Origin: Candidatus Omnitrophota bacterium
GTDB lineage: Bacteria; Omnitrophota; Gorgyraeia; Gygaellales; Profunditerraquicolaceae
Length of the DNA: 64,000 bases
Assembly (NCBI GenBank): GCA_041649115.1
Contig: JBAZNT010000003.1
Location: 13,274 to 77,273, forward strand
Direction of reading: 5' to 3'
The translations under genes were made by a program, and so were the position numbers. Position 1 is the first letter of the stretch. Each line of letters begins with the position of its first letter. This document shows positions 39,492 to 47,803 of the stretch, piece by piece. Under the pieces are notes generated by a model that saw only the letters and a program-made list of their open reading frames with translations, was not told where the DNA came from and searched no databases.

Positions 39492-40016
39492 ATGGAAGTA
39501 ACAAAATTTTTGACCCTTTACCGCGAAAAGACTCTGAGCGTTCTGATAATCGCTGTCTCTTTGATTATCTCATCCAACATCTATAAAGCCCAGACCAATA
39601 AATTCAATTCCCTTAACAGGGCAAAGGAGGAGGAAAGCAGGAAGAATACGGCGATAGGCAAGATCCTGGAGACGCAGAAGGCATTCGATTCTTACCGGAA
39701 GGTCTTTAAAAAGACGGATATCAACGAATCCATTAATACCATCACTACCATTGCCCGCGAGTTCGATATTACCGTTAATTCCATTAAACCGGGAAAAGAG
39801 ATCGCCGAACAGGTCTATATACGTTACCCTTTTGCCCTGGCAATATCCGCCAATAACTACCATAATATCGCCAGGTTTATCAGCAAGCTGGAGAGTTGCG
39901 GCGATGTCTGTTTCGTAGACAGCTTTAATCTTAAGGCCGCAGATACGGCCAGCGCGGCGCGCAGATTTACTGCCGAAATAACGTTGAGTACGTTAGAACT
40001 AAGAGAGACGAAATGA
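39492..40016 (+). CDS. pilO: PilO-like pilus assembly protein
   Basis: 174 aa with an N-terminal TM helix, a coiled-coil segment and a small C-terminal domain. It sits between PilMN and the secretin. Confidence 0.55.
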   Translation: MEVTKFLTLYREKTLSVLIIAVSLIISSNIYKAQTNKFNSLNRAKEEESRKNTAIGKILETQKAFDSYRKVFKKTDINESINTITTIAREFDITVNSIKPGKEIAEQVYIRYPFALAISANNYHNIARFISKLESCGDVCFVDSFNLKAADTASAARRFTAEITLSTLELRETK

Positions 40017-40459
40017 AGATAACCCTTAGGACCGCAATTGCCTTTATATTTTCTGTGCGGCTTCTTATCGCCTATGGCGAGGCCCTCGCCGCCAATCCGC
40101 AACCGCCCTCCGGGGACTCCCAGCTTAAGCCCGGCGTCGAATATAAAGCGGAGAACTTTCCGGATCCGTTTATAGATTTTCAGGCAGAGGAAAAAAAAGA
40201 GGAAACGCGCAAGACCGAAAAACTCAAACCCCTGCCGTCATTAGTGGTGCAGGGCATGATCTGGGGGGGGAATCTCCCGCAGGCCATCATTAATAATAAG
40301 GTTTTAACGATAGGCGATGCCATCGATGGCGTAAAGATAAAATCCATTGACAAAGAAGGCATCTCGGTAATTTTTGAAAACCAACTTTATAAATTAACTT
40401 CTCCGGCAGAAGCCAATTACGGTAATCTTAAGAATATCCAAGAAGGAGGCAAGAAATGA
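40013..40459 (+). CDS. PilP/GspC-like secretin-associated periplasmic protein
   Basis: 148 aa with a signal peptide and a C-terminal beta domain (VVQGMIWGG..AIINNKVLTIGDAIDGVKIKSIDKEGISV), immediately upstream of the secretin. Confidence 0.4.
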   Translation: MKITLRTAIAFIFSVRLLIAYGEALAANPQPPSGDSQLKPGVEYKAENFPDPFIDFQAEEKKEETRKTEKLKPLPSLVVQGMIWGGNLPQAIINNKVLTIGDAIDGVKIKSIDKEGISVIFENQLYKLTSPAEANYGNLKNIQEGGKK

Positions 40460-41922
40460 AGAATACCATCCGCACAATGTTTTTATCCGCTGCTTTAATC
40501 TCCTTGTTTATCATGCCGCAGTTAAATGCCGAGCAGGATTTGTTTTTTCCCGACCCCGATGCCACCATATCAATGGACCTGCAGGATGCCAACCTTAAGG
40601 ACGTGCTTAAGATATTCTCTATACAATCCGGCATGAACTTTATCGCATCAGAGGCCCTGCAGGACAGGAAACTTACCCTTTATCTGGATAAGGTCCCTAT
40701 CCAGGAGGCAATGGACAAGATATTTGCCGCCAATAACCTCTCTTATGAGTTTGACCCGAATTCCAACATCTTTATCGTTAAGGACTACGGGAAGCCGGAG
40801 GTGGAGACCATTACCAAGGTATATTACCTTAAATATGCCAGCGTCTCTACCTCACCGATTACTACCGAGGTATCTTCCCAGCTTAACAGCAAAGCCGGAG
40901 CGGACATCATCAACGCTATCAAGGATGTCTTAAGCCCGAAGGGCAAGGTCTCCGAGAACCTCCGGACCAACAGCCTGATTGTTACGGATATGCCCAGCAA
41001 GTTCCCGGTGATTGAGCACGTTATTTCACACCTCGATGTCTACTCGCCGCAGATACTTATTGAGGTAGAGATGCTTGACGTCAGCAAGAACGTAGTGGAT
41101 AAGCTTGGATTCGAGTTTGGCAACAGCCCTTTTACCCTGGTTGTGCCCGGTTCGCTCCATAATGCAAAGTTCTTTATGGGGGACGTCACATATAAATCCA
41201 TCAGCTCTATTACCTCGGCAACTGCAGGAGCGATTTCCTTCGGCTCTACTTATGCCGAGGTCCTGAATTACCTGCGTACCCAGACCGATACCAGGTATCT
41301 TGCCAGGCCAAAACTCCTGACACTTAACAACGAAACAGCCGAGATCAAGATTACTACCAATGAGTCCATAGGTATTGAGACTACCGAGGTATCGACCTCC
41401 GGTAGCGTTACCGCAGACCCGGAGAGGCAGGAGACCGGCGTATCGTTGAGGGTTACCCCCCAGGCCAATATTGAGACGGGGTTGATTACGATGTTTATCT
41501 ATCCAGAGGTAAGCGAAGCCAAGGAAGGAAATACCCTTACCTCCGGCAACCTTACCTATACCTTCCGTGACCCTGAGGTACGCAGCACTAAGTCCACCGT
41601 ACGCATCAGGGACGGAGAGACCGTTATCGTGGGAGGCCTTATCCGCAATGAATTTACCCAGACGACCAAGAAGCTTCCTATCTTAGGGGATATCCCTATT
41701 ATCGGAATGATGTTTAGGCATAAAGACAAGACCAAGGACACCAACCGCGAGCTCCTGGTTTTCATCACGCCCCGCATCGTAAAAGACTCTTACTACAAAA
41801 AGGCTGCCAAGGTAGCCAAGGGCGAGAGCGTGCCGGCCAGAGAGCAGAGCCCCGCCTCATCTTTGGTGAACCGCCAGGCAATGATAAACGCCAGGCTCAA
41901 CAGTTTGGAGAGGATGGAATAA
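40456..41922 (+). CDS. pilQ: Secretin (PilQ/GspD family)
   Basis: 488 aa with a signal peptide and the C-terminal secretin motif VPILGDIPIIGMMFR...ELLVFITPRIV. Confidence 0.85.
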   Translation: MKNTIRTMFLSAALISLFIMPQLNAEQDLFFPDPDATISMDLQDANLKDVLKIFSIQSGMNFIASEALQDRKLTLYLDKVPIQEAMDKIFAANNLSYEFDPNSNIFIVKDYGKPEVETITKVYYLKYASVSTSPITTEVSSQLNSKAGADIINAIKDVLSPKGKVSENLRTNSLIVTDMPSKFPVIEHVISHLDVYSPQILIEVEMLDVSKNVVDKLGFEFGNSPFTLVVPGSLHNAKFFMGDVTYKSISSITSATAGAISFGSTYAEVLNYLRTQTDTRYLARPKLLTLNNETAEIKITTNESIGIETTEVSTSGSVTADPERQETGVSLRVTPQANIETGLITMFIYPEVSEAKEGNTLTSGNLTYTFRDPEVRSTKSTVRIRDGETVIVGGLIRNEFTQTTKKLPILGDIPIIGMMFRHKDKTKDTNRELLVFITPRIVKDSYYKKAAKVAKGESVPAREQSPASSLVNRQAMINARLNSLERME

Positions 41923-41973
41923 GGTTTCGAGTTATGCTATAATTAACTTGTCGCGCAATAATAATCGCAAGAT

Positions 41974-43683
41974 ATGCCCGCAAAAGAAAAATACCTTAGA
42001 TTAGGGGAGTCCCTTCTCAAAGAAGGAGTTATCACCCAGCAGCAGTTAGAGCAGGCCATAAAGCTCCAGAAGCAGGAGGGGGGCAGGCTAGGCGAGATAC
42101 TTATAAGGCTGGGAATGATTAAAGAAGAACAGCTTGTAATTGCCTTAGGCAAACAGCTTAATATTCCATATTTTTCGCTCGGAAGCGACCTAAACCCGGC
42201 AGCCGAGCAGAACCTCATAGAGCTGGTACCCAAGGAATTCGCTATCCGCAATACGGTATTGCCCTTATCCCGCCATCTGGGTTCGCTGACGGTAGCGATG
42301 TTCGATCCTCTCGACCTTATCCTGATCGACAACCTTAGGAAGCTGACCGGCTGCGAGGTCAACCCTGTGATTGCAGCTAAATCCGATATCAATAAAGCAA
42401 TCGAGAAATTCTACGGCAAGTCCAAGATACTCCAGGATGCCGTAAATGCATCTTATGAGACGGAGAGCGACATTGCCTTTGAGAGCCTGGAATCCAACGA
42501 CCAGGAATTAAGCCTGGACAAGATTATAGCCCGCGCCGAAGAGGCCCCGGTTGTAAAACTGGTAGACCTGATTATCCGCCAGGCCATTGACGAGAGGGCT
42601 TCCGATATCCATATCGAGCCTTTTAAAGACAAGATATCCCTTCGTTACCGTATCGACGGCAAGCTTTATGAAATTCCGCCTCCTGCCAGGCATCTGCATC
42701 TTCCGATTATCTCGCGCATCAAGATTCTCGGGAAGCTTGATATCGCGGAAAAAAGACTTCCTCAGGACGGGGCGTTTCTGGTGAGGATGGAGGACCGGCC
42801 CATTGACATCAGGGTTTCAACCCTTCCTACCATCTATGGAGAGAAGGTGGTTATGAGGATTCTCGACCGCACCAGCGTACCTTTGGATCTCGTCCAGCTG
42901 GGATTTGAGCCTGCGCAGCTGGAACTGATACGCCGCGTTATAAAATCACCTTACGGTTTAATCTTTCTGACCGGTCCGACCGGATGCGGGAAAACAACAA
43001 CCCTGTATGCGATATTGAACGAAATAAAAAGTCCGACCAAGAACATCGTTACCGTAGAGGATCCCGTGGAGTATAAGTTAGACGGCATAAACCAGGTGCA
43101 GGTCAAGCCCGAGATAGGGCTGACCTTCGCTACTGCCCTGCGGCACTTCTTGAGGCAGGACCCCGATATTATGCTTGTCGGAGAAACCAGGGATCTTGAA
43201 ACGGCCCAGATAGGCGTGCGTTCCGCGCTTACGGGGCATCTGGTTTTCAGCACCCTCCATACCAATGATGCGCCTTCGGCTACGGTGCGTTTGGTAGATA
43301 TAGGCATAGAGCCTTACATGGTGGCGCCGTCTCTCTTGGCGGTGATAGGGCAGCGTCTTGTCAGGAAGCTTTGCCCGGACTGCAAGGAGGCATATGAGCC
43401 TACCCTGAAACAACTGGGAAACATTAAGCTTAATGCCGAACTGATATACCGGGCAAAAGGGTGCAATAAATGCGCCCAGATAGGATACCGCGGAAGGGCT
43501 GCCATTGCGGAGGTTATGATAATAGACGAAAGCGTGCGTGAATTAATTAACCAGAGGGCTTCTTACCTGACCGTGAGGGATGCTGCGATGGCGGCGGGGA
43601 TGCAGAGTTTGCGCGACATCGCCATAAAGAAAGTAGAAGCGGGTATTACCTCCCTGGAAGAAGCAATATCGGTTACGATGTAA
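41974..43683 (+). CDS. pilB: Type IV pilus / T2SS assembly ATPase (PilB/GspE/MshE family)
   Basis: 569 aa with Walker A GPTGCGKTTT, Asp/His boxes and a CPDC...CNKC tetracysteine. The N-terminus carries two RLGxxLLxxGxIxxxxLxxAxxxQ repeats. Confidence 0.9.
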   Translation: MPAKEKYLRLGESLLKEGVITQQQLEQAIKLQKQEGGRLGEILIRLGMIKEEQLVIALGKQLNIPYFSLGSDLNPAAEQNLIELVPKEFAIRNTVLPLSRHLGSLTVAMFDPLDLILIDNLRKLTGCEVNPVIAAKSDINKAIEKFYGKSKILQDAVNASYETESDIAFESLESNDQELSLDKIIARAEEAPVVKLVDLIIRQAIDERASDIHIEPFKDKISLRYRIDGKLYEIPPPARHLHLPIISRIKILGKLDIAEKRLPQDGAFLVRMEDRPIDIRVSTLPTIYGEKVVMRILDRTSVPLDLVQLGFEPAQLELIRRVIKSPYGLIFLTGPTGCGKTTTLYAILNEIKSPTKNIVTVEDPVEYKLDGINQVQVKPEIGLTFATALRHFLRQDPDIMLVGETRDLETAQIGVRSALTGHLVFSTLHTNDAPSATVRLVDIGIEPYMVAPSLLAVIGQRLVRKLCPDCKEAYEPTLKQLGNIKLNAELIYRAKGCNKCAQIGYRGRAAIAEVMIIDESVRELINQRASYLTVRDAAMAAGMQSLRDIAIKKVEAGITSLEEAISVTM

Positions 43684-43697
43684 TCCGGTCTTAAGCC

Positions 43698-44939
43698 ATG
43701 CCTAAATTTTTTTATATCGCGCGTGACAGCAAAGGCGCTAAGGTCTCGGGGGCAGAGGAGGCAGTTTCGAGCGACGAGCTTATCAGCCGCCTTCAGTCCA
43801 GGGGGCTGATAGTTATAAATGTAACCCTTGACTACGGCAAGAGCGTCCCCAGCCCAAGAACGGATGCCTTTGGTGCGCGGAGGCGTTTTCAGCACTACGG
43901 CGTTAACAGCCAGGACCTGGTAACCTTCTCCAGGCAGCTCGCTACAATGCTGGGCGCAGCCGTGCCGATACTTAAAAGCCTTGATACTATCGCCAGGCAG
44001 ATTCCAAGCCGCAGGATGTACGCCGTTATCAATGAGATGGTAAAAGATATGGAAGGAGGCTTAAGCCTGCACGAGGCGATGGCAAGGCATCCTAAGTTGT
44101 TTTCGGAGCTCTGGGTTAACCTGGTTGAAACAGGGGAGGCCAGCGGAAACCTGGCACTGGTTTTGGAGCGTTTAGCCAGCTACCTTGAAAGGAACGCGGC
44201 ATTTAAGAAAAAAATAGTCTCCAGCCTTATATATCCCGTGCTTCTTATATGCGCCAGTACCGCAGCGCTGATATTTTTGACCGTTAAGATCATACCGACA
44301 TTCGCCGATCTCTTTAAGGGGTTCAACGTTACGATGCCTACTTTTACGCGCGTACTTATCGACGTGAGTTTCTTTATAAGAAAATACGGCTTGACCGTAA
44401 TAGGCTTGATAGTTGTGGCGTTTTTTTTCGTACTCAGACCTTACCTTAAGACGAAGGAAGGCAGGAGGATACTTGAGAAAATCGAATTCAGTATTCCGGT
44501 ATTCGGAGAATTTTACCGCGGTCTTGTGGTAGAAAGGTTTTCCTCCAGCATGTCTACTTTGGTAGAGAGCGGGGTGCCCATACTTTACGCGCTTGAGATT
44601 GCCGAGCACAGCGTAGGTAATTACACTATGGCTGATATTGTGCGCAAGGTCAAGGAAGAGGTGCGCGAAGGAAAAACCCTGAACCATTCCCTGGAAGAAA
44701 GCGGCTTTTTTGAGCCGATGGTTGTCCAGATGCTGGCGGTCGGAGAGGAAGTAGGGGACTTGCCCCAGATGTTAAAACGCATTACGGTATTCTATCAGGA
44801 ATACGCAGAAACATTTTTAGGCAGGTTTACATCGATGTTTGAGCCGATCATGTTGATATTTATGGGGTTGGTTATCGGCTCGATGGTTGTAGGGATGTTC
44901 CTGCCAATATTCCAGATAGCAAGCATAGGCGGGCATTAG
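43698..44939 (+). CDS. pilC: Type IV pilus / T2SS platform protein (PilC/GspF family)
   Basis: 413 aa with two GspF-type repeats and 3 or more TM segments. Confidence 0.9.
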   Translation: MPKFFYIARDSKGAKVSGAEEAVSSDELISRLQSRGLIVINVTLDYGKSVPSPRTDAFGARRRFQHYGVNSQDLVTFSRQLATMLGAAVPILKSLDTIARQIPSRRMYAVINEMVKDMEGGLSLHEAMARHPKLFSELWVNLVETGEASGNLALVLERLASYLERNAAFKKKIVSSLIYPVLLICASTAALIFLTVKIIPTFADLFKGFNVTMPTFTRVLIDVSFFIRKYGLTVIGLIVVAFFFVLRPYLKTKEGRRILEKIEFSIPVFGEFYRGLVVERFSSSMSTLVESGVPILYALEIAEHSVGNYTMADIVRKVKEEVREGKTLNHSLEESGFFEPMVVQMLAVGEEVGDLPQMLKRITVFYQEYAETFLGRFTSMFEPIMLIFMGLVIGSMVVGMFLPIFQIASIGGH

Positions 44940-44983
44940 AATTTTAACAAGCGTCCGGACTTGCAAATTTACTGATTAGAGAA

Positions 44984-45388
44984 ATGGTTATGATGTCAAA
45001 GGGGCAGAGGCAGGGTTTTACGTTACTCGAGCTCATTATCGTTATCATCATTATCGGCATCCTAGCTACCTTGGGTTTTAGCCAGTACACCCGGTTGGTA
45101 GAGAGAGGCAGGACTGCCGAGGCCAAGAGCATCTTGGGCCAGATCCGCACTGCGCAGGCAGTGTATGAGCTGGAATACGGCGACTACTCCAGCGATATCT
45201 CTAATATCTCGATTGATGCTCCTTCCGGTTGCACAACTACCCATTATTTTTCTTATAGCGGAGACGCTACGGCAGCCACAGCCAGCAGGTGCAGCTCAGG
45301 AGGCAAGACCCCGGATTCATCCGCTGGATATGTCATTACCCTTAATTACAGCACCGGTGCGTTCGGCGGTTCAGCAGGTTATTATTAA
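44984..45388 (+). CDS. Type IV pilin / pseudopilin, copy 1
   Basis: Leader ...QRQG followed by FTLLELIIVIIIIGILA (class III signal, Glu+5). 134 aa. Confidence 0.85.
   Translation: MVMMSKGQRQGFTLLELIIVIIIIGILATLGFSQYTRLVERGRTAEAKSILGQIRTAQAVYELEYGDYSSDISNISIDAPSGCTTTHYFSYSGDATAATASRCSSGGKTPDSSAGYVITLNYSTGAFGGSAGYY
45013..45388 (+). repeat. Pilin tandem duplication, copy 1 (about 376 bp)
   Basis: Near-identical to 45515..45890 with a 502-bp offset. Differences are few and concentrated around 45148-45165. Confidence 0.9.
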
Positions 45389-45421
45389 AGCGGAGGGTGG
45401 CAGCAAACCAGATAAAAATAT

Positions 45422-45449
45422 TTGACAACTCAGGAAAATATGCTAAACT
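45422..45449 (+). promoter_or_regulatory. Sigma70-like promoter for pilin copy 2
   Basis: TTGACA (45422-45427), 16-nt spacer, TAAACT (45444-45449). A GAGGAGGG SD precedes ATG 45498. Confidence 0.5.
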
Positions 45450-45497
45450 AAAAAACAAGGTTTTATTGTCAATGTTTCACGGAAAGAGGAGGGTCTT

Positions 45498-45890
45498 ATG
45501 ATTAGAGGCGCTAGGGGTTTTACGTTACTCGAGCTCATTATCGTTATCATCATTATCGGCATCCTAGCTACCTTGGGTTTTAGCCAGTATACCCGCTTGG
45601 TAGAGAGAGGCAGGACTGCCGAGGCCAAGAGTATCTTGGGCCAGATCCGCACTGCGCAGGAGGCCTATAATCAGGAATACGGCGACTACTCCAGCGATAT
45701 CTCTAATATCTCGGTTGATGCTCCTTCCGGTTGCACAACTACCCATTATTTTTCTTATGGCGGAGACGCTACGGCAGCCACAGCCAGCAGGTGCAGCTCA
45801 GGAGGCAAGACCCCGGATTCATCCGCTGGATATGTCATTACCCTTAATTACAGCACCGGTGCGTTCGGCGGTTCAGCAGGTTATTATTAA
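45498..45890 (+). CDS. Type IV pilin / pseudopilin, copy 2
   Basis: Leader MIRGARG followed by FTLLELIIVIIIIGILA. 130 aa, near-identical to copy 1. Confidence 0.85.
   Translation: MIRGARGFTLLELIIVIIIIGILATLGFSQYTRLVERGRTAEAKSILGQIRTAQEAYNQEYGDYSSDISNISVDAPSGCTTTHYFSYGGDATAATASRCSSGGKTPDSSAGYVITLNYSTGAFGGSAGYY
45515..45890 (+). repeat. Pilin tandem duplication, copy 2
   Basis: See 45013..45388. Confidence 0.9.
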
Positions 45891-45920
45891 TTAATAACAA
45901 CATCCTGCAATTATATTTTT

Positions 45921-46364
45921 GTGAAGCGCCAGTGGCTTAAAAAAACGTACGGGGCTACTTTAATAGAGGTGCTTATTGTAATTCTGGTCATCGCTATTTT
46001 AGTAGCTTTAGCCCTGCCTAATTTTAAAAAATCTCGCGAGTACGCATTCAACAAGGAAGCAAAGGCCAACCTAAAGCTCATCCAGGCGGCAGAGCGCATT
46101 TATTATATTGAGAATGCCTTCTTCATGCCGCCAGGCGAAGATCAGGCCTCCAATTCTACGACTATCAACACCTATTTAAAACTTACCCTTCCGAGCGGCT
46201 CGGATACCAGCAATGTTTGGAATTATACCACTACCTCGCAAGGGACAGCCAATGCCACCCGCTCCGGAAGCGACGAAAGGGTATGGACGCTGCAGAAAGA
46301 CCAGGGGGATCCCCTTTGCTCGTGCCCTCCGGAAGCCAGTGAGTGTTATTGCCCCGCAGATTAA
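45921..46364 (+). CDS. Pilin-like protein with non-canonical +1 residue
   Basis: 147 aa with a GTG start. Leader ...KKTYG followed by ATLIEVLIVILVIAILVALA. It has a C-terminal Cys-rich tail and 3 sequons. Confidence 0.7.
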   Translation: MKRQWLKKTYGATLIEVLIVILVIAILVALALPNFKKSREYAFNKEAKANLKLIQAAERIYYIENAFFMPPGEDQASNSTTINTYLKLTLPSGSDTSNVWNYTTTSQGTANATRSGSDERVWTLQKDQGDPLCSCPPEASECYCPAD

Positions 46365-46368
46365 TACC

Positions 46369-46746
46369 ATGGTAATAATAAAAAAAGCCTTTACTTTAAT
46401 GGAAATTATGATTGTGATTGCGATTATCGGAATCCTCGTTGCCATTAGTCTCCCGAATTACGGCAAGATGAAAGATGCTAGCCTGGGCAAAGAGGCCAAC
46501 CTTACCTTAAAACTTATTCAGGACGCCGAACAGTTTTACCATATTGAACATGAAGCTTATTTGTCTTGCAGCAACTCAACGGCGATAAATTCCGGCCTGA
46601 AGCTTTACATACCTACCGGTTCCCCCAACTGGAACTATACGGTTAGCGTTAACGGCGACACCTTTGTTGCCATGGCCCAGCGCTCCGGCGGCAATACCAC
46701 CTATTGCATCAACCAGTCCAGCGAAGACACCTACGCATGCGAATAG
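46369..46746 (+). CDS. Pilin-like protein
   Basis: 125 aa from ATG 46369. MVIIKKA followed by FTLMEIMIVIAIIGILVA. 5 sequons. Confidence 0.7.
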   Translation: MVIIKKAFTLMEIMIVIAIIGILVAISLPNYGKMKDASLGKEANLTLKLIQDAEQFYHIEHEAYLSCSNSTAINSGLKLYIPTGSPNWNYTVSVNGDTFVAMAQRSGGNTTYCINQSSEDTYACE

Positions 46747-47123
46747 CCAAAGGCAACAAGGGCCTGACCATCCTGGAGATCCTCGTGGCATTGCTTATCC
46801 TGGCGCTGATTATAGGCGGGCTGGCCAATATATTCATTTCCAGCAAATGGTACCTTATCCATGGCCGTTCACTCATGACGGCAGCCGAATTGGCGAGATA
46901 TTTTCTGGACCCCTTGCATGGCAATGTCAGCCAGGAGACCTGGAATACCACCAGCTGGCTGGGGACGGGGGGCAGCTTTAATGATACCTACCAGACAAAG
47001 CACCTGATGGCCGGCAGTTTCTATTACAACTACACTTCAAAGTATAATATTACCGTTGATTCGCCTATCGGAAATTTAACCAAGGTAGTCCTCAATATCA
47101 CCTGGAATGAAGTCACTCCTTAG
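46737..47123 (+). CDS. Minor pseudopilin-like protein
   Basis: 128 aa from ATG 46737. ...GNKG followed by LTILEILVALLILA. 7 N-X-S/T sequons. Confidence 0.65.
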   Translation: MRIAKGNKGLTILEILVALLILALIIGGLANIFISSKWYLIHGRSLMTAAELARYFLDPLHGNVSQETWNTTSWLGTGGSFNDTYQTKHLMAGSFYYNYTSKYNITVDSPIGNLTKVVLNITWNEVTP

Positions 47124-47703
47124 AAACAGCGGGTTGACCCTTTTGGAGTTATTGATTGCCTTAATACTTACCGGTATCGTTGCGCTAAGCATATTCAGCC
47201 TGGATATCTTCGGGCACTACCACATCATCGGCTTAGATAAACGCAGGCGCGTGCAGAATCAGGTGTCCGATGTGCTGGAACATATGTCAAAGAATATCAT
47301 CAATGCCGTCGGTAATACCGCTATCAGCGGCATGAGCCCCGTAAATATTACCGATGGCCCCACCGTAGAGGTTTATCTAGATAAGCCCGGGGAAAGCGAG
47401 ACATCCGGAGACGGCCGTTACGGTACCGGCGGAGACATCTGGGTGGCGTATCGTTATAATAGCAGCGGTTATGAGATGAGATATTGCTCTGATTATGGAA
47501 CGGGTGATTGTAACGCGGATTGGTCGGTGATCGGGAAAAATATCTCGGAATTCTCGCCTACCTATACCCCCCCAGATAATTTTATAACCGTTAATATCAC
47601 CGGGTGCTGGAATTCCAGCGAGGCCAGTACCTGCGGCTCTCCTAATAATCCCGCCGTCAATATGACAACCCGTTTTAATATGCTTTCAGTAGCGCAGAAC
47701 TAG
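47107..47703 (+). CDS. Minor pseudopilin-like protein (PilW/GspJ-like size)
   Basis: 198 aa. ...RNSG followed by LTLLELLIALILTGIVA. 6 sequons. Confidence 0.65.
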   Translation: MKSLLRNSGLTLLELLIALILTGIVALSIFSLDIFGHYHIIGLDKRRRVQNQVSDVLEHMSKNIINAVGNTAISGMSPVNITDGPTVEVYLDKPGESETSGDGRYGTGGDIWVAYRYNSSGYEMRYCSDYGTGDCNADWSVIGKNISEFSPTYTPPDNFITVNITGCWNSSEASTCGSPNNPAVNMTTRFNMLSVAQN

Positions 47704-47762
47704 CTTTTATTTCTATCTTCTTGAGCAGCTTAAAGATGCGGATATTTTTAGCGGAGTTTTTA

Positions 47763-47791
47763 TTGTCAAAGCCTGAAATCTGTGTTAGAGT
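47763..47791 (+). promoter_or_regulatory. Possible extended -10 promoter for the OST/glycosyltransferase genes
   Basis: TTGTCA (47763-47768), 17-nt spacer ending in TGt, then TAGAGT (47786-47791). Confidence 0.35.
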
Positions 47792-47803
47792 ATAAAAACT
47801 GCG

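Noticed and set aside
44940-44983. Sigma54 promoter upstream of the first pilin (GGAC..TTGCA)
   Set aside because: The GG and GC elements are only 4 nt apart instead of the required 10, so this is not a -24/-12 promoter.
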